A stretch of DNA of 64,000 nt from positions 37,521 through 101,520 of the forward strand of contig MNCI01002917.1 of NCBI GenBank assembly GCA_015680685.1. Direction: 5' to 3'. Below, piece by piece: positions 40,101 through 53,068 of this stretch. Both the position numbers and the translations under genes were made by a program. This DNA comes from Gnetum montanum. Lineage: Eukaryota > Plantae > Gnetophyta. The first letter of the stretch is position 1. Every line of letters begins with the position of its first letter. Below the pieces are notes generated by a model. The model made no database searches. It was not told the origin of the DNA and saw only the letters and a list, made by a program, of their open reading frames with translations.

Positions 40101-40810
40101 ATAGCCGAGATTGACTATGCCAGGTACTATTTGGCAATTTGGGGAAAAATGAGGCCACTAAAGAGATTATCAACCAAAGATTGTAGATGGACCTGCTAGC
40201 TCAAAGAGAAAACAAGATTGGAAGGATTACAATGTAAAGGTGTATTAGTGGGGGTAAACTTAGAAGAACCACAAGCACCACTACAAGAATGAGCAAAACA
40301 TGTACCTTAAATGATACAAGGAGGAGTCCATCAAATGTCATTATCATGATATGTTCCTTGAAGTGATTGGTGGGACATGGGCTTATGAGTTGTTCACTTG
40401 TCACATAGTGGTGACTGGGTCTCTAGAGGAGCATATTACTATGCCCTCAAGGGAGGTTTTCTCTACCACCTTTTTGATGGAGTCACCTACATGGATCACT
40501 ATGAACAAAGACAAGACCCTTGTGGATATTAACTTTGGCCAAGAGGACTAAACATGGTTATCAGAGGCTAAAATCCTCCAATGCTTGGAGGGCCTTGATA
40601 GATTACCTCTAGAGACAAACACAAGACCCTCTCATGTTAGTTGTTTTTTGTTATTTTGTGCTTTTTATGTTAGTTTTTCATGTTGGGAATATGCTAACTA
40701 GTTCACTATTTTACGTTGCTTTCGGCAGGCACCAAGCAATGCCATAGGCCCTATCGGAGTGATAGAGGAAGAGGAAGAGGAGCCTCAACCCCCATCGAAC
40801 ACCATTGGCT
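37194..40810 (+). pseudogene. Multi-exon cargo gene antisense to the retrotransposon: FCP1/NIF-like HAD-phosphatase-like domain, plant mobile domain (PMD)-like region, acidic/coiled-coil tail
   Basis: Exon 37194-37646: TILIMVELVGII...VIWF*PRACKFLQFLLQHFSVMTWS...RIW...YSKSDTLFVAWHMHTLYKNPPETVYY. Phase-compatible introns 37647-37726 and 37999-38124. Exon from 38125: IINSFSDNAHHFVMWVHGMTDDFFVNLFGHSFDGPLV...RYNWASHLTSGLH...FLIGCLQ. Further pyrimidine-rich introns with gctaa(c/t) branch-like sites end near 39271, 39817, 39965 and 40728. Confidence 0.65.
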
Positions 40811-41029
40811 AAGCATTCCTAATGTAGCCCTGCTATTAGGAAATTTTTCATTTTTTGACCATTTTTTTATACAATCATGCCATATATTTTATCAATGGAT
40901 TAATGAAGATGTAATGATAAACTATTTTTGCTATGTGGGTTGCATATTATGTAGAATTTTGAGTTCATTTTGCTAAGTATTGCATGCTAGTAGCATGGTG
41001 ATTTAATGAGATTGGGCCCTTTGTGGACC

Positions 41030-41280
41030 CCATGGTAGTTTAGGGCAATGGTGGGAGGGTCATTGCTAGTTTAGGGACATGTATAAAGAGAAGAGGTGTT
41101 GCCAGTTTTAGGCCTCAGTGAGCCATGGTGATAGTTTTAGACCATTCTAAGTTGATGCGATGAAAGAAAAAAGCTTGTCAATTTTAGGCCATAGCAGGCC
41201 TTATGCTAGTTTAAGGTCTTTTCAAGTATATGTGATAAAAGGAAAGGTGTCCAATTTTAGGCAATGGAAGGCCTTATATA
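41030..41280. repeat. CAGTTT(A/T)AGGCC-N6-GGCC cluster just downstream of gag-pro
   Basis: gccagttttaggcctcagtgagcc; gtcaattttaggccatagcaggcc; gctagtttaaggtc; ccaattttaggcaatggaaggcc. Confidence 0.8.
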
Positions 41281-41505
41281 TTTTTTGAAATTTTGAATTT
41301 TGTAATTTTTATGTATTTTAGTGTTTTATAATGCACAAGAAAACTAAAAAAAATGAATAGGAAAAAGGGATGAATGCATAATAAAATGAATGATGCAAAA
41401 TAGAAGCAACCATGCAAAATGTAATTGCTCAATAAAAAGGCAAATGAGACATGAAAATATTAGGGACAAGTAGGCACCTAGCACATGTTGAACTAAGGGG
41501 ATGTC

Positions 41506-44500
41506 TTAGTCATGTAGTTGCTTCCTAACCTGACGTGGGTTGGCGGGTGCATAGGGCTTAGACAACATGAGGTGATATTCACCTAGATCCTTGTCCATGA
41601 TGCTAAAGGGAAACTCTACCTATAGAGCTTCCTTGGGATGGCCATCAGCTTCTTTTGGTTCCTCGAGTGGGTCTGTCAAACAAGGTTGACCCTCATCCAT
41701 TACAAGTGATGTGTCATTGGGAAACTCTACCCCTAACCCTTATTCTATGTTAAGGTTGTTGATTGTTAGAGGGGCTACATTATCACCATGTATAATCACT
41801 TCTCCACCTTCATATGAAATGTCGATTTCTTGCTGGATAGGTGAGGAGACTGCTTGTAGTTGGGCTAGCTAGGGCCTTCCCAAGACCAAGTTAAACTTGG
41901 ACATCTCCTCAATGATAATGAATTTAGCTGTTGTGGGGAACTACTCCCCTACCATGAAAGCTATCATGACCATCCCCCTTACGACAATGTGTGACCCATT
42001 AAAGAACCTTAGGCACATTTTCTTCATGTGTTTAATTTGGTCGGTGAGATCAAGTTGGTCGACAACTGGGAATGGGATCATGTTAGTTGCCACCCCATCG
42101 TTGACGTGCACCCTATGAATCCTACATTTTCCTACAAAGATTATTATGAAAATTAGTGTGGTGATGAACTAATCCTTTTCAAGGTCAACCTTAATTACCT
42201 CATCACAAAATGCTAGGGGTATTGAACCTAATCCCTATAGTGTGGGGGGAAGCATCACAACATGGATGGCTTGTTCATCTGCTAGGATGTCCTCCTTAAC
42301 AAGAATGAGCAGTGGAGGTCATGGCCAAGTCGTATAGGCTCAAGGTTATGTTTTTTTATTTTAAAGCTTTTTTAACTTATGCCAACACATCTAAGAAATA
42401 CTTACCACTATCACTTGCTTTGTTAGCTTTCATCTCCTCCATGTGGCCCACGAGATGGATCTCTTGGGAAGGAGATTTAGGCTTTGCTTATTTTGCTTAC
42501 TTTTGAGCCTTAGTGCTTGGTTGTTGATTTCTTGTGGTGGTTGTTTTGGTCAATGTGGCCGTAGGGATGGAAGATAAGGGGATGAGCTTAGGTAAACCTA
42601 GCTCCAAGCATTCCCCAATAATTTTTTTGGTGAGGCATTCTTTAGGCCTCTCGAGCTACCACCTAGATTGCATGTTATTGTACACAGGATGAGGCCTTAG
42701 GTGAGCATGGCTTGATGTAGTCACCACCACCAGACTCTGAGTAGGTGAGGAGTCTGCACATTAAGGCATCCTAATGACAAAATGTGTCTAGGTTGTTGTC
42801 GCCGCAATGTGCTATGGGGCCCTAACAACAAAGGATGTCATGAGTACCTAAGGTGATGCTCTGATGAAAAAAGGAAACCTTGAACTGGTTGATGCTGAGA
42901 GGGAACACAAACCACAAATGTCTCTTGTACTACTTTTGAGTTTTCCTTAATGCTGATGGAATTGATAACGTAGCCTACACCACTTGAATTGAGAGGGTCT
43001 TTGTAGACCTTCATTGATTGATTTTATGGGTGAACTGGGTTGGTTACATCAAGGACCAGTTGGCTTTGGTCACTCATGCATTATATGTCATCCCATAAGG
43101 CCATGTAGAAATCTGTGTCATGGCCAAGTAGTTGACGATAATGGCAGAACTGGTCCAACCTGAAGTGCTTAGGGACTAAAGGCTCATTTGGTGCAACTAC
43201 AAATGGGTTTCTGAAAAGCTTGCAGTAGCGATCATGGCACTTGCGAGCATCCTCGAACATCTACTTATACTAGATGCACCCAATGTTAAGTAGCTAACTT
43301 AAGAGCTCCAATGGCTTGATGGGCAAAAATGTATACCTTGAACAGTCCTTGTGCTCAAGTTTTTCCTTGGGGTAGCTTGCCCTATGTCCACTGAAGGTGC
43401 AAACTAGTTGGTTGTCACAGTGCCAGAGTCGGATGCCTTGTTGTTAGCTAGGGCCTTAAGTTCCTTGGACATTGTTTTGGCATTATTTGGCTTAGCCACA
43501 TTGGCCACTATTGCAATAGTTGTGGTTGCCTTGCCATTTTCCTTGTATTTATTTGCATGTGAATTTTTGTAGGCACATAGGCTAGGTCTTTACTAGCCTC
43601 TATCGCATCTTGAATGCTCTTCTTTTGAGCAAATGCTTGGATCAGGGTGGATGGGGAAAGGTAGTATAGCTTCAACTTGATGAATTCATTCACTGCACCT
43701 TTGAAAATGGCTAGTAAGTGGGTTTTGCAATGGGTTTGTGAATTTCATTGAGTTCAGTGCTCCAATGTTGAATGAATTTTTCTACAAGCTCTAAGTGACC
43801 CTATTTGATTTGCATTAGTTGATCTAAGGTCACCTTGGGCTTCAAGTTGTACTTGAAGTGAGTGATGAGTTGATTAAGAAATTCCTACAAAGAGGATATG
43901 GAGGCGTTGGGGAGTACACAGTACTAGTCTAGTGCCTTGTTGATCAAGGACATGGCAAACATGTGGATAATTGCATGCAGCCATGCTTACAACAAAAGGC
44001 ATTCAAAATGGAAGGTCACTAGATTGGCATTAGGGTCCCCTTCCCTATTGTATTTAGTGAACTAGGGAAGTTGAACCCTAATTGACCCTATTGTAGTTCT
44101 AGGGTCAATGATGGGACCATAGAACTAATTGGGTCATCTTGGCAAAAGTCCATCACATGGACCATTTTGATGAAGGAGGCTTTGAGTCACTTAACCTCCT
44201 TGGTGAGTGTCTACATGAGCTACAATGCTTGGTCCAAGCTTGGGGTGGACATAGTGGGCTACACCAGTTGTGCTATCCACTATGCTACTTGAGTGATCCA
44301 TGGCCCCACTATGGGCTACACAACCACATGAGATGCCTATTGCATATGTTGTTTCATGTACTATTGTGTGGGATACACCATAGGCATAGAGGTTGGGACC
44401 CACCATGAAATTGTGGCTTGTGCCATTGTAGGGGCATTGATGAGATAGGAAAAACATATCTGGGACATCTACATAGTGTGCAAATAAGGTTGCATGGTCA

Positions 44501-44943
44501 TGATAGATGCTAGTAGGAAGGATTGCGTAGACTATGTAGATGTCACAAAGGGGAGGGTGGTAGAAGGTCCTGCATCCTGATACTTGTGATGTACAAAGCA
44601 AAGGGTGATAGATGGTCTTGCATCTTGATGGGCATGCACTTGATGACTTGCCACCATAGGGGTTAACCTAGGAGGTGACAAAGGGGATGCAACTGCCTGA
44701 TAGAAGGTGGATGGTTGGGACTGCAAAGGGATGAAACTAGAGGTAGCCTACTTGAAAGAGGCATAAAATGGATTCTCATTCTTTAAATGAGCCTCAAACT
44801 CATCTTGTCCATCTTGCAAGGGCTCCTCATAGTCGGTTGTCATGTCATGTTCATTTGACCCACTCAATCAAATGAGTTGGTCAAATAGCCACCAAAAGGT
44901 CTTGGTGAGCAAAATGAAATCATTAGGGGCATGGAAGTACTCC

Positions 44944-44977
<34 letters not shown>

Positions 44978-45100
44978 GCCACTCTAGTGTTTGATTTCAT
45001 AACCTCGTTTGGCATCCATTTCCCAATGGTCTAGGAATAGACCTACCTAGGGTTTCACACAAAGGAAGTTGTATTTTTTATCATCAAGTACCATGTACTC
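41506..45100 (-). pseudogene. gag: Tat/Ogre gag and protease (decayed)
   Basis: LP*FTKYNREGDPNANL...FAMSL..KALD*Y...HFKYN...LMQIK*G (retrotransposon gag, ~43790-44075); FCHYRQLLGHDT Tat-type zinc knuckle (~43115-43150); VHVNDGVATN (~42110) and FNLVLGRP*L (~41870-41897). Confidence 0.85.
44945..44975 (+). repeat. C31 homopolymer (G31 on the element's sense strand)
   Basis: Directly visible run of 31 C. Confidence 0.9.
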
Positions 45101-45709
45101 AGGCAGTTAGTTGCATATTTTGAGTGATTACCTCTCTATCAAAGTAGACCCCCCCTACCCTAGGAAGATCATTTGTGATCTCCCACTAAACAAGTTAAAT
45201 AACAACCATGCTTAATGTAGAGGTCAAGGGCTACTCAAGGTTCACGATGCTATGAAAAATATGCAAATTTTGTAGATGCTAAAAAAAATAGCTTAAGTAT
45301 AGAAATGCGGAAAAATGGATAAGTAAGGAGATGCTAAAAAATGTTGAGAAAATGGCTAAGTCTAAAAATGCTACTATAAAAGCTAACTTTGGTGTGATAT
45401 GCTTACTATGCTAAGGCCTACTATGCTCTCATGTTGAGAGCTAGCTACACTCTTCTAAGAACATAGATTTTGGCTAGGTGCCAAATATATGCTTTGGCTT
45501 TCATCCAATGAGGTTCTAGGGGAACCAACAACTGGGTCCAATCTACACCAACTGACTCATAGATAACTCCTATGCTAGCAAGTCCATAGGGGTGTCAAGT
45601 CTACACTAGCCCAAAGCTAGTAACGGAGGTGTAGAGAGAACATGAGACTACCACTAGATGCAGAAGGAAATGGCACGACCCTCCTTCTAGCACTAGAAAA
45701 CTATAGACA

Positions 45710-47090
45710 CCAAAAACATTAGTAGCTGGGATGGTCACACCAAGGGGTCTGTAGCTATAGTATAGCCCTAACTTCACACTAATTTGAAGGGTCGTTGTTA
45801 GAGGGGAAAAATGAAGGTAGAGCACCTAGGAAGGTCTTGTTGATCGAACCAAGATTTACAGAGTGTTTCAACAAACAAGTGCTAGGGGTTCACATGGTGT
45901 TTTCAGTGTTACCGGGGCCAATTAAGCCCAAGCATAGCAAGGTTTCCCAATGCAAAAACAATGGTGTAGCCATGCAAATATGTGAAAATTAGTAAAAATG
46001 TGAGTGCGATGCTAAATGCTAAAGAAAACACGTGAAAATGCAAAGGAGTTTGAGAGAGGAAGGATGGCACTACCCCAAATGGGGGGAGCATAGCAATTGC
46101 AAAAGAGAGTTGAGGAGATACATGTCATACAAATGGGTGCAATAGGTATTGTAGTCATAGTTCCTAGAGTGTCTAGGCTACGAAAACTAATGTCCACCAT
46201 GAGGTCTATGCCTATTGGATTGGCTACAACGGTTGCTCCTATGGGCTGCAGTGTGCTACAATGTGCAAAGGTGTCCCAAAGTTTTGCCAAGATGCTAAGG
46301 GTGGTTGGATGCAAGAGTGTCAATGCCAAGATGCCAACTATTGAATGAAATGCCAACCAAATACCTCAAAATGCTAACCCCTAAAATTTGAAATGTAGGG
46401 GTATTTATAGGGTTAGGATTGATGTAAAGTGTAGATTAGGCATCACATGGCAAAGGGGATAGTTGAGGCTATGCTAACCCAACTATTATCCCATTGGAGA
46501 AACTGGTGCTATGCTCTAGTTTGCTCTAATGGACCCAAAGAGACTACATACTATGACTACGTTGCCAAAATTGCATGTGCCAGAGTTGAAAGGACCATGA
46601 TGTACCTACAAATAGTGCAAAATAGTGTAATTTGGAGGCTACACTCTGGGACTATGCTTTCCCCTCTTTCGAGTGGAGTTGAGCATAGGTACAATTTTGA
46701 GATAAATGAGAGTGCAAAAGAGATGCAAGTTGCTAATCCTACTTGTTGAGGGAGTGTCAAAGCTAAGATGGAGATCAGTTTTGAGCTTTGGAAGTGTTTG
46801 GAGACTTTCTTGCTTTGCTATGCTAGCTACGCTCTAGAGCATACCCCAATACTTAGGGAAAATTTGCAAAATTTAAAGTCTAGTGTTGGCTACACTCTAA
46901 AGTATAGCAAGGAAAAGTGAGAGCGTAGCACTGACACTCAGAAAAAATTATAGTCTTCATCCAAGCTATGCTCTGGGACATAGTAGTAGGGGTAGCCTTA
47001 GGAGTTAGAAAATCTACCAAAATGCTTTTTCCATGATAAGCTAGCTTAATAGCTTCTAGCTTGACACTTAGGAAAACTGGCCATTGAAGT
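45710..47090 (-). repeat. 5' LTR of Tat/Ogre copy 2 (probably extends left towards ~45200; truncated on the right)
   Basis: Collinear with 27535-28919; homology ends abruptly at ccattgaagt (47090). Confidence 0.85.
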
Positions 47091-47522
47091 ATACATTCTA
47101 TGTATGAGGACTGTAATAGGAGCCTCATTGATGCATCATTGTGGGAATGAATTAAACTCCTCTAGGATGTCTTATCATAAACTAGCCCACATTCTCGTAT
47201 TAACTCCACTAACATGCACATAATGTTAGTACATGAGCACAATATATCATAGGAATGAATCATAATACACAATAACAACTCATCATATCTATTTGATGAT
47301 CTCAAGTAATTAGTGCTATAGATGTTATTCTATATACTAATCATTATAAGGCTTATACATGCAGCATAGTATCATAAGTCATGTAAATATTTAATAACAC
47401 AATTATAATAGTATATCATAAGGAAAGGGTATACAAAAATAACATATCCCAACCAAACATCACCATATTTATGTCATTTTTTCTTAGTTGTTCACTTCTA
47501 TTGGGATCCAAATGTAGCTTTG

Positions 47523-48365
47523 TGATGTAGGGGACATCTCTTCTGAGTCCCTTTTTCATCCCTATAGGTGGTCAATTGCAAGTTTGGGAAGTAAGAAAGA
47601 CATCTTGAAAATTAGAGAGATCTCTTTCTTAAGAGTCACACATGCATAGGAGATTTCCTATTTGTAGGGGAGAAATCTTGTTAGAAAAGAAAACTTCTAT
47701 GAAGACACATCTCTAGGAAGACATCTTGCTATAGTAAGATATGTCTCATTCCAACAAGAGATGTCTTATCTAAGAGCTAGAGTTGATAGAAAGACATTTT
47801 ACAAAGCTTGTAGACATTTCATATGACCTAGGAAAGTTCTAAATTGATAGTTTCAAGTTGGAAAATAGTTGAAAAACAATGAGAATAAGATGGAAATAGG
47901 TGAGAATCTCGATGCTGGTCATGGAAAATTTTTTTCTTAGGATTCTTGTCTTTTAATTTATGAATATTAATGTCATGTTTCATTTTTTTAGGTGTTACTT
48001 TGAAGAGAAAAGAGTTTACATAAGAGTGTGTTCATCTCTATGGTAAATTATGTATTTAACCATTGAAGCTATGTATGTATATATTTATGTCTGAATATTA
48101 GTCCTATGTATAGAAGAGATCTAGTTTGATTGTGCTTTGCATTGAGGACAATCGTTGTGTAGTTTGAATGCCTCATGCTCTTCAATATCATTATTTGTAT
48201 GAGTCATTTCAAATGTTTGTGGGTTGTGGAACTTTTATAATTTAATCTCCTTTTAATTAATTAAAGATAGCTAGTTTTTCTATTTTCAAAAAAATTGAAT
48301 TATCTTTATACCTATTGGATTTTATGTGTTGGAAGGATTAAAGAAAAATTGAGTACCCTACTCTA
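47523..48365 (+). repeat. 5' LTR of CRM-like element
   Basis: Starts tgatgtagg; both ends align to 52557-53068; rich in agacatct/agatgtct words. Confidence 0.8.
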
Positions 48366-51300
48366 GCATTATTTGTATTAAAGAGTTAGGTTGATTATTA
48401 CGGAAATTTTGTTGTAGGATTTTTATATCAATTTTATGTCTTCTAAGAAGAAATAGGTTCAAGCCCTAGATAGATATACGGAGAGCATAAAATCTAACTT
48501 TTAACTAATGGTTGTAGGATTAGATAAGATCAATGTCAAGGTAGATAGAAATATAGGTCCCATCAATATTCAAACTTGAGGTGGTGTTGATCATTCATGT
48601 TCAAATGATAATAAGGAAGTTTCTTAACCAAGTGTAGGGAGAGAAAATGAAAAGGAAGAACATTCAAACTATGAAAGTGTATAAATCCATCAGCCTAGGA
48701 TTCTAGGGGAAGAAAATCTAAATTCTTATATCAAAGTTCCAAGAGTTCCATTATTAATAACTACTTTTTCTCATGGTAAGCTTGATGATGAAGATGAAGC
48801 AGGACTTACTATAGTATTTAGAAATGTTGCTAGACTTAAGTATGTAAAATTTAAGATGTTCAATGGTTTAGATGACATGAATAATTCTATAAGTTGAATG
48901 AAGGTACTTAACAAGCATTTGGAGTTAGAAGAGATACTAAATAAATTAAGGGTACTAATTGCTAAATCCATATTAGAAGGTATGGCTTCAACTTTGTTGG
49001 AAGAAGAGTCTCAAAGTTAGGAGAGATGAAATGGTCAACCTATCAGGGATTGGAATCTAATGAAATATAGGTTGACAAGATAATTCAAATAATCTTATTA
49101 GAGATAATAGAGAATCATGAAGCTAAAATTTCTTGGATAGAAATACAAAGATATCAAGGAGTTTTTCATGGAATTTTGTAAACTATTCCATTAAGCTAAG
49201 GTAAACTAGAAGAAATATTAATAGGCTTCAATCTTTCTTAGAGATTTCAAAATGACATATCAACAAGAGTTATCATTCTATGAGTCATACACTCTTGATG
49301 AGGCTTATGATTTGGCACTCATGGGAGAACATGAACTCAGTGGATTTGGGAGTAAGAGAAAATAAGCTTCAAAAGAGAAGGATGAGGGATTCAAATAATA
49401 GAAGGAATCCAAGTCAAAATATGAAGACAAGAAGGAAAACCAAGATAATAAGAGAAAGATTATAATAAGAATAGTTTCAACAAAGACCAAAGTGAGGGAG
49501 GTAAGGGTCAAGACAACAACTCATACAAGATTTTTGGAAGGCCTTGAAGTTTTGATAATGTTGCTTAATTTGATGAAGCAAGAAATGTGTGAAGTGTAGC
49601 AAGACCTAATGAAATCCAATAGTTGATTCCTATGACAAATAAATAAGTAAGGTAGTAAAGAACACTTAATACTTCCTTAATTTTTCTATAGAAGATTTAA
49701 TATGTTAAGGAACATGATGAGGATGGTTTTGTTTTTGTGGTTGTATCAATTATTGCTTTTAACCATGATGTTCTATAGAGAGAACATCCACTATATGCAC
49801 CAGGATTTAAGGAGTAATTTCCCAAGATGTTTAAAGGGGAATTGAATGGATTATCACTAATAAGAAATGTTGAACATTAAATTGACTTCATTTCTAGTGC
49901 TACCATTCCAAATAAAAGATAATACTAGATGGAACTAGATTAATAGAAAAAATTACAAAGGTAAGAGGAGTTACTTGCAAAGGTCTTAGTGAGGAAATCC
50001 ATTTCACCTTATGTACTTCTACTAGTACTACTACCAAAGACGTATAGTGATAAATGAATAATATGCGTTGATTCAAGAACAATGAACATGATAATAGTGA
50101 GATAAATATTTCTAACTCCAAGAATGAATGATATTCTTAATGTCCTTACCAATGCAAATGTTTCTAGTAAAATTAATTTGAAGAGTGAATAATATCAAAT
50201 TCAGATCAAGTTTGGTGATGAATGAAACTCAACTTTCAAAATACTAGATGAATTTTTTTGCTAGTTGGTAATGTCATTTAAGATCATAAATGCATCTACT
50301 ACGTTCATGAGGTTAATGCATGATGTACTCAAAGATTTGATTGGTAAGAGTTTTATTATCTTCTTTGATGATTTTATGATGTACAACACTAAATAAGAAG
50401 AAGCATATGGATCACTTGAGAAGAGTGTCTTAAATTATAGGAGGCATATTTTTTGATAAATATGAAGAAGAGTTATTTCTTCAATAGGAGTATCACATAT
50501 TTGAAATATGTGATTTCTAAAAATCAAATTCAAATGAAAGCTACCAAGGTAAGGGCTATTGGAGGTTGGCCAACTCCTAAAAATGTTGGGAAGTTAAGAT
50601 TATTTCTTAATTTAATAGGTTTTTATAGAAGGAACATAAAAAAATTTTAGTGGTGTTTCTTTGTGTTTGTTTTTTTTTCTTCTTCTTCTTCTTAAGAAGA
50701 ATCAAGATTTTAGATGAGGTGATGAAACCTAAAGAAGCTTTAACTTGTTGAAGGAAAATGTCACAAAAGAATCAATTCTTACAATACCATATTTCCAAAA
50801 TATTTTTCAATCGAGATGAATGCCAATGGACTTGCTATTGAAGAGGCACTTTCATAAGAAGGCAAACCTATTTATTTCTTTTTAGAGAAGTTGAATGAGT
50901 TAAGAAACAAATATAGCATATATGAGAAGGAATTGTATATTGTTATTTAAGCAATTAAACATTGAAGCCATTATTTATTACCCAAAGAGTTTACAATGAT
51001 GACTAACCATAAAGCACTTTTGTTCCTTAATTTCTAAAAGAAATTGAGTGCTAAACACATGAAATTGGTGGCAAATTTATGGGAGTTCAAAGTTTTTCTC
51101 AAGAAAAAGATAGAAACACCAATGTAGTGGTTGACACATTGTCTAGGATTCATGTGGTGAATTTTAACATGACTCATATCAAAGGTATGAATGATATTTT
51201 TGATTTGTATGAACATGATTCAGATTTTGGATAGGTTTGAAGAAGTCACAAGGAACCATTTTTGAGTAGGATAGACCAATGGAGGGAGTATCATATTTAA

Positions 51301-52556
51301 GATGAACTATTATTCAACAATGGAAAGGTATGTATTCCCAATTATGATTTTATAAAAAAAAAATTTAATTGAAAAGCATTGGAGTGCAATGGAAGGTCAC
51401 AAGACAAGGGATAACACATTGAAACATGTGGGTAGGTACTATGTTTGATCTAGAATGGCTTTAGAAGTCTCTAAATTTATGGAGTTTTTAACATGTTAGA
51501 ATTTCAAAGAATGTAAATAAATAAATGGATATTATATTTCTTTTCCAATTCTTAAGGGTCCACAGAAAAGTATATCAATGAAGTTTGTGAGTGGGATTCC
51601 AAAGAACAAAATTGGAAATGATGTCATCTTTGTTGTGGTGAATAGATTCTTCTAGATGATATAATTCATTCTATGTAAAAAAGTAAGTGATACATCTCAT
51701 ATTATAAAATTTTTTCGCTAGCATGTTATGAAGTTTTATGGAATTCCTTTGAATATTGTTAGTGATAGAGACTCTAAGTTTGCTAGTCACTTCTGGAAGT
51801 TCCTTATAAAACCTATAGGGATAAAGTTGAACTTTTCTAATGCATATCATCCATAATGGATAAAAATGTGATTAATAAATCATTTCTAAATATTTTTATG
51901 TGAATTACTATTTTTGTTCAAAAATTATGGATAATATTAAAAGCTTTTATGAAGAGGCTCAATTAAATGGTAACTTTGTGCAAGAGATGAAGAATATTCA
52001 TGATCAAGTAAAGGAAAATCATAAGAAGAAGTCTTAAGAGAGAATCTTTAAGATGAATAAGGGTAATAGGAAGTCCAAGTTTGATGTTGGTAATCTTTTT
52101 TGGATGCACTTGAAGAAGAAGAGGTTGAGAGGTATCAACCTCTCAAATTTGAAAGCCAACAAGATGAATCCTTTTAGGATAAAGGTTAAAAACAATGATA
52201 CTACTTTTGAAATTGACTTATCAAATGATCTAGGTATCTCTTTTTCTTTTAATGTTATAGATCTTATGCATTACCATGGATTCTTAAATAGTGAGATCTT
52301 ATAGAAAAATATCAATGAGTTGAAGGGGACTATTAATAAGTCTAAACCTTCAATTTAGAGGAGGGAAATTGTACTCGAGAGGAGATAAGCTTCTAACACT
52401 CGTGGATTGAAGAGGCATAAGTACTTGATCCATTGGAAGAATTAGACTACTAATGATATTGTATGGATTCATGAGACTGAGCTTCTTAAGTGGAGAATCA
52501 CTTCTCCACCTACTTCCTTGTTTACCTATTTTTACTTTTTTAAGGATGGAAGAGCT

Positions 52557-53068
52557 AGTATAGGTACATCTCTTCTAAGCCCCTTTTTCATGCCTACAGG
52601 TGATTGATTATAGGTTTAGAAAGTTGTTAAGATGTCTTGAAGATCATAGAGACATGTTTCTTGAGAGCTAGGTATGCATTGGAGATGTTCCATTTGTAGA
52701 GAAGATATCTCTTTAGAGAAGGATACATGTTATTTTTTCAAGAAATATTTCTAGCAAGAAGTCTCTCTTGGGAAAGAGACATCTTTAAGGATACATCTTA
52801 CTACAATAACAGACATCTAATTCTAATAAGATATGTCTTGCATCAATAATGATTATTGTGTGGTTGTAGAGCCTCATTCTCTATAATATTATTGAATATG
52901 TGAGTGATTTATTATGTTTGTGTGTTGTGGAACTATTTTAATTATAATCATCTTTTAATCAATTGAAGATATCTAGTTTTCTATTTTCTAGCAATTAAAT
53001 TATCTTCATAACTTTTGGATTTGATATGTGTTTGAAGAATTAAATAAAAATGAAGTAATCCTGCTCCA
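52557..53068 (+). repeat. 3' LTR of CRM-like element (about 330 bp shorter internally)
   Basis: Follows the PPT; ends cctgctcca, the same terminus as the related minus-strand LTR at 58654. Confidence 0.8.

Larger units (their letters stand above)
34861..41529 (-). other. Putative ~6.7 kb intron between protease and RT
   Basis: Candidate phase-0 donor CAG|GTTAGG at 41530/41529, with in-frame TAA at 41508-41506; candidate phase-0 acceptor gatag|GTG at 34861/34860. Homology with copy 1 ends at the same AG|GTG (21761/21760). Ogre elements are known to have a PR-RT intron. Confidence 0.55.
27535..47090 (-). mobile_element. Near-complete Tat/Ogre-like retrotransposon, copy 2 (~19.5 kb): LTR, gag-pro, 6.7 kb spacer, pol, 3' region, LTR
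   Basis: Direct repeats 27535-28919 and 45710-47090 flank ordered gag, PR, RT, RH, aRH and INT on the minus strand. Confidence 0.85.
47523..53068 (+). mobile_element. CRM-like chromovirus (Ty3/gypsy) with both LTRs, decayed gag-pol and C-terminal chromodomain
   Basis: LTRs 47523-48365 and 52557-53068; decayed Met-PBS-like tttgtattaaagag (~48372); PPT aaggatggaagagc before 52557; IRNVEH*IDF, FFDDF, WPTPKNV, YSIYEKELY, IVSDRDSKFASHFW, YLIHWKN...WI. Possible TSD ctttg/ctttt. Confidence 0.88.

Noticed and set aside
44139-44726. His/Pro-rich ORFs on both strands
   Set aside because: Alternative frames of the low-complexity repetitive gag N-terminus.
45795-47128. Cluster of 60-114 aa ORFs (and their counterparts at 27962-29199)
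   Set aside because: They lie in LTR sequence, open on both strands, and show no recognisable domain.
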